From: Eledone cirrhosa
Taxonomy: Eukaryota
Assembly: GCA_964016885.1 (NCBI GenBank)
Contig: OZ024741.1
Location: 181,288,001-181,352,000, forward strand
Length of the DNA: 64,000 bases
Direction of reading: 5' to 3'
The notes below the pieces were generated by a model that ran no database searches, had not been told where the DNA came from, and saw only the letters and a list, made by a program, of their open reading frames with translations. Positions 54,989-64,000 of the stretch are shown here, one piece after another. Position 1 is the stretch's first letter, and each line of letters starts with the position of its first letter. The position numbers were made by a program, and so were the translations under genes.

Positions 54989-55307
54989 CAGGGGCGTGCA
55001 ACAGGTGCCCCGCGGGCCACAATTCGGCCCGCCAGAGCAGTCAGAGTAGTCCGCGATGACCGTTTTTAATTTTTACCTTGTAGGCTTATTTAGAATTCTT
55101 TTCGTAACCGTAATATAATCTTCTGTTAATTGACCTATACTAAAGGACTTCACTGATAGGGTTGTGTGTGTTATAATTTCCCAGTTCCATGTTATGGAAA
55201 GAAGTTGTGGTGAATCTTTGGAATAGTACTTAATAAATATTAATGGCCCTAATAGTTGTTCCAATGTTTAAAAGTGGCCCGCCAATGGAATATGTTTCAC
55301 ACCCCTG
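54989..55307. mobile_element. hAT-type MITE
   Basis: TIR CAGGGGCGTGCAAC / GTTTCACACCCCTG; degenerate TSD CCATACAA / CCATAGTT. Confidence 0.7.
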
Positions 55308-56129
55308 CCATAGTTATGAAGAAACGGAACTAACTAGGTTAAGAATCCTTTTTAGAGCGGTGGATGATGTTTCCATTTTAACAGTATTCCAGGGTGACAG
55401 TTTATTTGTAATGTTTGTTCATACTGGCAGCTTACACCTTCTTAGCTCTGTTGAGGAAATACCAAGGCTACTTTGTGACAGCTAGTGCTTGTCACAACAT
55501 TCTAATGGGACGTATGGCTGGAGTTTCATCAGATTAAGTCTGCATATATGGTGGTCAATTGGGAAACGATTGCCGATCAAATCAAGAATATGGACATCAA
55601 TGGCCTGCCCACCTCTCCTATCTCAATGACTAATGCTACAAATATCTCGAAATTGATGAGAATGTTGTACACCCACACAAATATCCTATAAATTCTCATA
55701 CACTGACTGCATCAATTTACATATTTACACACATCCAAAAATTTCGCTACACACCCAAAACATCTAAGAAAAAATATTATTTTATTCTATGTAAAAATAT
55801 ATCATGTAAATTAAACAGCACACATCCATAAAAACAGACAATACACATACCTACACGATCAAAAATAAAATACACCTACACCTAAACACACAGATCCGCA
55901 CACATATAGCTAACTCTATCACACACATGCACACTAATACACACATACACATGACACGTCTATCCCCCCACACTCGTTTATTTTTGAATACCAGACTTAG
56001 TTGTAGACAGACAACCGGTCAGTCAATAGCTATCATGTAACAACTCGCTAGACGTGGGCTATCCGTTTGATCATTTTGCTTGTTCTCTTTCCGTTTTCTA
56101 CCCCATTCTTCATCTATTCTTTCGAAGTG

Positions 56130-56665
56130 AGACTTCAGCATTCAGCAATCAGAAGAAGAAGGTTGGCGTAAAAGTCGAACTTGCTATCTCCAATTCGGTA
56201 TTCGTGCCAATCCTTACTTGTCGTCATGAATCTTGGGGAATGATCGAAAGAATACGATCCCGAATACAAGCGCCAAAATGGGGTTCCTCTGAAGGGTCTT
56301 TGGAGTAACGTTACTCGATAGAGTGCGTAGTTCGGAGATCAGAGTGTCACTCCAGGTAGAGCCGCTACTTATCCAAATTGAGAGATCACAGCTCCGATAG
56401 TATGGGCATGTGGTTAGAATGTCTCAGGAAAGAATCGCTGGACAGATTTTATGGGTAAAACCAATTGGCAGGAGACCCAGGGTTAGACCACGACCAAAAT
56501 GGTTGAATATCATCCATGAACTTGGCTGGTCTCACTTGGAGATCCAGCCGGATTAGTTGGAGACGGCTGCTTCTGACAGGACCTGTTGGAAGGAGTGTTT
56601 GGGGACTCTTCCCCCCACGACCCTCTCAGGAATATGTGGGCGAAGAAAAATAAGAGAAGAGAGAA
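56130..56665 (+). mobile_element. RTE-clade LINE 3' fragment
   Basis: VFVPILTCRHESW, EPLLIQIERSQLR*YGHVVRM, GRRPR.RPR. Confidence 0.82.
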
Positions 56666-56787
56666 TTGTTCAAAACGTCGAGAATGAGTTTTCGCTTCTA
56701 AGAGTCATATCTTTTATCCTCTTCTATCTTGTTTTCAGGTTTTGTTTATATATATATATATAATGTATAATAAACAATACAATATAA

Positions 56788-56861
56788 TTACCTCATTACC
56801 AGAGGTTTCCCGAATAAGACGAATACGAAAAACGTCCCCATTCGTTCATCGGACAAGGCAA
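56788..56861 (-). ncRNA. Hammerhead ribozyme (CCGATGA core variant) in fold-back 56807-56945
   Basis: TTGCCTTGT-CCGATGA-ACGAATGGGGACG...CGTCTTATTCGG-GAAA-CCTCTGG-TA-ATGAGGTAA. Confidence 0.65.
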
Positions 56862-56942
56862 TTTAAAACATATTTAAAGTATGTTTTAAATTGCCTTGTC
56901 CGATGAACGAATGAAGACGTTTTTCGTATTCGTCTTATTCGG

Positions 56943-57001
<59 letters not shown>

Positions 57002-57086
57002 TACGTTATTCCGGGTTGAATCGGAGGTAACCACAGTAAGTAAGGTACTCAATACATAGCAGAGTATAAAAGTTTTAATATAGAAG

Positions 57087-57137
57087 AGATTCTACAGGAC
57101 TAGAACTGTTTCATTCATTAGAAATCATCAGGAATCT
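57087..57137 (-). ncRNA. Hammerhead ribozyme (family A), apparently intact
   Basis: AGATTC-CTGATGA-T-TTC-TAAT-GAA-T-GAAA-CAG-TTCTAGTC-CTG-TA-GAATCT. Confidence 0.8.
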
Positions 57138-57175
57138 GATGATATATATATATATATATATATACACACATCGGG

Positions 57176-57224
<49 letters not shown>

Positions 57225-58761
57225 GTATTTATATATACCCGGTGTGTTGGTTGGCTGGCTGGTTGGTTGGTCCGATGTCAGATGACATGTTTGAAATCAC
57301 ATAGAGAAAAAGGGGGTGGGAGAAAGCACAAAAGAAAGATACAGAGGAAATTAACAAATGGATTGAAGGAAGAACACTCATGCTGATCAAAGTGGCTGGC
57401 GAAGTATGACAGGGATAGAGAATAAAATAGATAAACCTTAAAGCAAGAGCACACGCGAGCTCACACACATACATATATGTATACGCTAACATGAATAGTT
57501 TCCTATCTTACCAATACAAATCTTTCCATTTAAGACTTTTGTGAAAGTATTTCTAATGGAATACATTTTATTTTGATTAATTAACGTAGAATTTTAAGGG
57601 ATTTACTAAAATCACTGATTATTTTATTATTATTACTCTGCACATAGACACATAAGTTATTGTCTGTTTGTATTTTTTTTACTCAGTCTTCGTTATTTCT
57701 GAAGAATGAAATAAACATATAAGAAAATGTATATTCCTTTTCTTAAATTATTTCCTTTCGCTTTTTCACAAACCGCTGCTTTATTTAATGATATGTTTGC
57801 AATATAATAAATGAATTGTTTTAGTCAAATGCAAGCATAATGATTTCATTCATGTTTTTATTAATACATTATGATTTTTAGGATATATTTATCTACTGGT
57901 ACACACTGTGGTCCACCTATTCTTCCAAATTCACCTGTTATATGACGGCTAACACTCTAGTATGCATATGATATATAATAATAAGAAATCATCAGGGCTT
58001 TCATGATGATTTCTTACGAATGAAACAGTTTTAGTTCACGCACACACACATGTATATATATGTACTGTTTACGTTGTATGGTTTAACTGATAACGAGCAT
58101 TTTGTTATGAAGGGTTTAAAAGTTGGTGTTAGAAGATGAGACATGATTCAAAATGTGTTCATGTAATATAGTTTAGGGTTAGGCTAGATAATTAAGACAA
58201 ACCTCAAAAGATTTTAAAAGAGGTGAATATTAAAATGTAATTTTTCAATAGAGAACATTTTTCACATCATAAAACTAAAACCTTTTTGACAAAACCTCCA
58301 AATAAAAACAAGAATATATATTTCCATAGTAAAGTAATATCTAAACCTTTTGATTCCCTTGACTGAATTGGAAAATAACGGAGGTAATCCGCTCTCCCCA
58401 TCTCTCATTATTACGAGCAAATAGGGGACATGCATTGGCAGCCCCGCGTCCCCGGAGGGCAGATAGGTAGCTGGGTTTGTGATCCAGTCATTCCGAGCAG
58501 CAGACCGTGATATTCTTATTTTTATGTTGTCTTTACAATTAGTGTTATTGATATTGCTATTGTCTGCAGCTTTCTTGTCCGCATCTTTCCTAACATACGT
58601 CTGTGTAGAATTTCCGTCTGTGTACAGCATGAGGTAACATATAATCTGTCTTGCAACGCTCACTCTTTCACTAGCTCTTGGTATCCGGGATGCGATGCAT
58701 CATAAATCGATTGCCTGGCTGTTTTCTAAGTCCACTGAACTACGTGTTCAGATATCCACCC

Positions 58762-58918
58762 CAGTGCCGGATTTAGGACAAATGAGACCTTGTGCTAGTT
58801 ATGAGGCGCCTTACTTGGGCCCTGAGGTAAACAATTGTTTTAGCAGGAAGATGGGCTCCCCTGGCCAACAGGGTACTGTGCTTAAGCACGCCTAAGCATA
58901 ATGGTAAATCTGGCACTG
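58762..58918. mobile_element. hAT-type MITE
   Basis: TIR CAGTGCCGGATTTA / TAAATCTGGCACTG. Confidence 0.75.
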
Positions 58919-59523
58919 ACCGCCCCTATTTTCAAATCATATTGAATCTACTCAATGCATGGAATCTTTTCCCGGATTCTGTGGTATGGAGAACCCTGAG
59001 TCGGTCGAACTTGTGATAAGGCTGTGGCCTAGAGATTTTCATGATCAGCTTGGGAGACAGAAGAAGTACATAGAGGAATCGCAAACACAAGGTTCTAAAA
59101 ACCTTCGCTAAGTACAAACCACTACCTCCCTACGGACAACTGACGCTGCACACCAACTTGGTGTAATCTCATACATGTGTCTATGCGAATTAGTTTTTGC
59201 AATTAATTAATTACTTTTTTTATTAATTACTTTTTATAATTATAATTATTCACTTTTCGTAATTGTTTACTTTTTTATAATTATTTACTATTGAGATTAT
59301 TTTCCATTTTTTAATATTTGTTATAATTATTCTTTATAGTTATTTAATATTAAGACTTTTAAATAATTTCTGTAATTACTATCATCTTAGTTGTTATTGC
59401 TATTTATCCTAAAAATGTATATAGCAATGCATCTCTTTAATAGATTAACCACCATGCAACGCTGATTTCGACCAACAACCTCAACAGCGCAATCCGATCT
59501 TGGTTGAAGGCATTAACCTAATG

Positions 59524-59819
59524 CAGGCATGGGCAAACTTTTTCGAGAAGCAGGCCGCATGAGATATGGCTCATCATCAGGCAAATTTACATTCGTGCCC
59601 ATATTTAAAAAAAGGGTGGTAACTCAGGTTGTTTTAATTTGTTTCTTCAGAATTCGTACACGTTGTTTTCCACGATCGTAAAAATGATAGAAAGATAAAT
59701 TACGACTGAAAAGTTGGGGTAAAAAAATCAGAAAGATTTCACTCAGGTGACTTAGGCGAGCCATTCAGAAAGCTTCGCGGGTTGCATGCGGCCTGTGAGT
59801 CGCAAGTTGTCCGTGACTG
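59524..59819. mobile_element. hAT-type MITE with perfect 8-bp TSD
   Basis: ACCTAATG|CAGGCATGGGCAAAC ... GTTGTCCGTGACTG|ACCTAATG. Confidence 0.88.
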
Positions 59820-61007
59820 ACCTAATGTTTTGGGCTGGGTGTGCGATAGGCTGTAATTGGTAGCATCACATATCAACCCTTGGCAAGAATGTGGTAACTG
59901 TCAAACGCGCATATCTCTCCTCTTGACTGTACATACTAACCCACAATGCAAAGCATTGTCGATCACGTTAGCATACAAAGGTGATGCCGTGGTAGTGATA
60001 GCATGGCTACCAGGCTGCCTCCGTATCATTGATTCTTTGTTTATATTTTGCTGAGTCCCAGTAAGGATGACTTAACTAAATCTTTTACGTTCATACCATC
60101 TGATGATGTCGCTGATTGTTTTGCATCATAGTCTGATGACGTAAACTTACCTCAGAAATACATATGATGCAACAATAAAGGAAATGATAAGAATCCGACC
60201 TTCTCATATTTTCATTGATATATATATATATATAATAGTACCACTGATGCTGCTGCAGATGTGCAACGAAAGAACTTTGTTAGACTATATATATGTGTTT
60301 ATATTTATATTATATCTGTATTTTTGACCGTTGGTCAGTCAATGATAAACATTGAGGACCAAATGAATTAACTGTGGAAATATAAAAGATACAGAAGCGA
60401 AAACCAACCAAACAGTGGCAATATTATTACAACAATATGACCCTCCCCAAGTATAACAATATATCTATATTTATATATATCTATATATATACGTGTGTTT
60501 GTGTGTGTAATGGCGATTAAGTTAATGAGAAACTGCGCTGTTGTTCTCAATCTACGTGAACATTCACACTACCAATTCATTCTTTTACACATGACTCTAT
60601 TTACTATACATGATTAGGTATCCTGGAATAATGTTATTTCCATTGTCATATATGAATTGTTGATTTTTCTCTGACACACACAGACTATAAACCTATATTA
60701 GTCGCCACCTTAACGTCCTTCAATGAAATTATTGCCGAACCATAATATTTAATTAAAAGTATTATTATTCAATCAAGCATAATTTATTAAATCTACTGTT
60801 TGCTTTGTTGGCTGGTTTCATTCAGTAACACAATAGCATATTTAAGCATGAGTTCACATAAGAGAAAAAAGCGGTCTGTATTCCTAAAATATTCCATTAA
60901 CCAATTGAGAAATATTTCTCCCCAAAGCTTATCATGTGATAATGCAGTTATTCCTCCTTGGAGTAGCAAAAGGAGTCAAATGACAACCATGATGCGTCGC
61001 GTTATTT

Positions 61008-61790
61008 GGTGGATTGGCAGTATCGGTAGAGGGTCAGACACCATGCTTTCCAGCATAGTTACGTCCCTTTACGATCTGAGTTCAAATCCCGCCGAGGTTG
61101 ACTTTGCCTTTCATCCTTACGGGGTCGATAAAATAAAGTACCAGTAATGCACTGGATAATTGCTGCCTTGTGCCTAAAGTAGAAACAGTTATTTGGTTCG
61201 TCACTTAATCTTATGAGTGTAAAATCCCTCTCTGTTCTGCTTTAATATTAATCTTCTTTGAGTAATGGTTTCTTATTTAAAGTAATAATAAAGTAATGGT
61301 TTCTTATTTAGGCACAAGGCCAACAATTTTACGGGAGGGGAAAGTCAAATACATCGAACCCAGTGCATTACTGGTGCTTTATTTTATCGACCCCGTAAGG
61401 ATGAAAGGCAAAGCTAAACCCACTATGCTTTGTAGCATAGAATTACGGCCCTTCATGATCTGAGTTCAAATCCCGCCGATGTTAACTTTGCCTTTCATCC
61501 TTACGGGGTCGATAAAATAAAGTACCAGTCACGCACTGGGGTCGATTTAATCGCCTTTCCCCTCCCCCAAAATTGCTGGCCTTGTGCTTATACAAGAAAC
61601 CATTATTACTGGCAGTATCGTTAGAGGGTCGGACGCCATGTTTTGTAGCATAGAGTTACGGCCCTTTATGATCTGAGTTCAAATCCCACCGAAGTTAACT
61701 TTGCCTTTCATCCTTACGGGGTTAATAAAATAAAGTACCAGTAATGCACTGTGGTAATTGCTGGCTTTGTGCCAAAAGTTGAAACAATTA
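61008..61790. mobile_element. Cluster of four SINEs: 61008-61190(+), 61305-61420(-), 61421-61603(+), 61610-61790(+)
   Basis: Family consensus. Confidence 0.9.
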
Positions 61791-63135
61791 TTTACTATTA
61801 CAGCATAATTCCGCTTTCATCTCTAATGAAAATATGTTGAAATTTAATGACTAGTTTCCTCAATTCTGAAAGATTTTCAGTTGGATTCTTGAAGAATAGA
61901 TGAACAATTGTTTGCAGCGTAGCTATTCTCTTACCTACTTCAATGCGATTGTTACGCATGGAATATCTTTGCTCATAAATCTGCTTAATCAGAGATAACC
62001 TGGGTATAAACAGCAACAATAACAATAACAACAACAAATATAACAATTACTACTAACTTGATAGCGTCTATAAATGTTTCTTAATGATATTGTTTGAATA
62101 TCTTGTTCTTACGTGGAGGTGATAGCTGTTTCAGGGCTCCTTAATAGACCTTTGACTTTTAGTTAAGTATATTGTACTTCTGTGACATGTTCAATTGTTT
62201 TCATTGTATCGTTTAAACGGATGACGGTGAACATATCTACTACATATGAAGTACCCTCTATAGATTTCGACAATCAGTTTTCAGTTGTTCGTTCAACTGT
62301 ACGTTCATCTTGTGAATAAGGTGAAGGTGGCTAAGAATTCTACAGGCATGCATGCCCTTAACGTAATCCCGAAACCGAGTTTGTGTGACACAATACACGA
62401 AAAGACTAGACTTTAGAATTACTGGCACAATCATCCAAATGGATTCCACACAGTTTTTCTCCCAATTTCACTCAGGTTACCAAACAAATGCACGTCATGC
62501 AAATTAATCTGGTTATTTTATTTATGTACTACGCCCTGCTTGGTACGAATAATAACACTATAATAATATTGCTCTCTAGACAGAATGATGAGGTTAATTA
62601 TCTTCTTATGAGGATACAATAATCTGTGAATGTATAAAGATAGTTTTTTTTATGTTTTTTTCTGCAGAGAAAGTAAAGGAAAGTTTTACAATGGGGTTTT
62701 ATAAAAAAAACTGTTATTATATCTAAATTAAATTTATCTAAAATACTTTAATATATGCTATGTTCTAACATATATATTGTTTGAATTATTTTACCAAACT
62801 TAAATGCACATCATGCAAAATATACTGATTACTTAGGTTACATTTTAGATCCTACTTGTCATATATAGACACTTAGAGATGGTTATCTTCTAATGAGGAG
62901 GCAATGACCTCAGAAATGCATAAATATAATCTTTTGTTTCCTGTCTAAAGAAAAAGTAATGAGAAGTATTTACACTTCTTCATCTTTTAAAGCGAAAGTT
63001 TCTAATTAAAATAAGGTAATTAAATTTTTCCTAAATCGCTTCCTTCTTTCTACATATCAATTTTAACCCTCATCTCAAACTTATATATATCATTATGTAT
63101 CGTTATGTACCACATCTAATTTCTATATCACACAC

Positions 63136-63182
<47 letters not shown>

Positions 63183-63184
63183 AA

Positions 63185-63373
63185 GGCGGTGGATTGGCAG
63201 TATCGGTGGAGGGTAGAACGCCATGCTTTATAGCACAAAGTTACGTCCCTTTACAGACTGAGTTAAAATCCCGCCGAGGTTAACTTTGCCTTTCATCCAT
63301 ACGGGGTCGATAAAATAAAGTACTAGTAATGTACTGTGTAATTGCTGGCCTTGTGCCAAAAGTAGAAACAATT
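63185..63373 (+). mobile_element. Full SINE flanked by (TTA)n
   Basis: GGCGGTGGATTGGCAG...GTAGAAACAATTATTATT. Confidence 0.9.
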
Positions 63374-63384
63374 ATTATTATTAT

Positions 63385-63915
63385 TAGGGTTATGGGTAGA
63401 GTATAAATCTAGACATGACAGAGTTGGCCAATATCTACACTGGTTAATATGTCGGCATTATAAAGTCAAAACTGCTGACAAGTGGTACAAACATCACCCT
63501 GAGGCTGTAACTGAAGGAGAAAATGTAACGATTCTTTGAGACTTTCTTGACATACTGACAGAACCATCAAAGCTAATAGACAGGATATTATTGTAAAATA
63601 CCAACATAACTAAGTCTGATTATTGATGATGCATGGATATATATATATAATGTATATATGTATATATATGTGTATATATATATATGTATGTGCGTCTGTG
63701 TACGTGTGTGTGTATTTGTGTGTACGTGTATGTATATGCATGTGTGTGTATGTGTATATATGTATATATATATATATATATAAACTCTACATATAATCAA
63801 TATAGTGTGTTACCTGGCTTACTAATGTATACAGTGAGTTTATTTGCCCTAGGTGTCAGGAAAACATCCGGCCAAAAATGGAAACAAAACTGAAGGATGA
63901 GGAAAACAAACCATA
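63385..63915 (+). mobile_element. Dong/R4-type RLE fragment between (TTA)n and (TAA)n
   Basis: EYKSRHDRVGQYLHWLICRHY..KWYKHHPEAV..TDRTIKANRQDIIV. 3' end runs into ATAATAATAAT. Confidence 0.75.
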
Positions 63916-63923
63916 ATAATAAT

Positions 63924-64000
63924 AATTGTTTCTATTTTTGGCACAAGGGCAGCAATTTGAAGGGAACGGAAAGTCGATTAAATCGAATCCAGTGCGTGAC
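63924..64000 (-). mobile_element. SINE 3' tail (continues beyond the window)
   Basis: Reverse complement of the tail CTTGTGCCAAAAATAGAAAC. Confidence 0.75.

Noticed and set aside
57087-57137. Stem I AGATTC/GAATCT as proof of compensatory mutation
   Set aside because: Part of the 5' strand overlaps a fold-back junction (57124-57143), so the covariation may be coincidental; the ribozyme call is kept.
58172-58185. TTAGGGTTAGG telomere-like motif
   Set aside because: Fewer than two full units; expected by chance.
58262-58663. 133-aa minus-strand ORF as a possible host exon
   Set aside because: No recognisable domain or splice context; lies among repeats.
60134-60170. CTGATGA...GAAA-TACA-TA possible hammerhead
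   Set aside because: Stem II does not close and stem I needs a 4-nt bulge at the core; could be chance.

Overview
Eukaryotic, AT-rich window with no supportable host gene. The SINE families resemble those of octopods (inference, not verified). It is almost entirely microsatellites plus decayed mobile elements: Tx1/L1-clade LINEs (two near-full-length, three fragments), R4/Dong-type and CRE-type RLE elements, RTE and CR1-group fragments, several Penelope-like elements (PLEs), tRNA-derived SINEs, mariner/hAT remnants and MITEs, and a probable non-autonomous Helitron. The main unexplained signal is a very high density of minimal type I hammerhead ribozyme (HHR) motifs: about 25 copies from roughly 14 unrelated sequence families, found by eye. 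Most have palindromic stem III, sit in (TA)n tracts, and many form head-to-head fold-backs. Three adjacent ORF-less units have partial-tandem monomers of about 322, 425 and 622 bp, resembling retrozymes, and one begins exactly at its predicted self-cleavage site. Second theme: each retroelement family abuts its own microsatellite - Tx1 (TATC)n or (TAG)n, R4-like (CATA)n, Dong-like (TAA)n, PLE/HHR units (TA)n. Structures were folded by hand and need computational and experimental confirmation.
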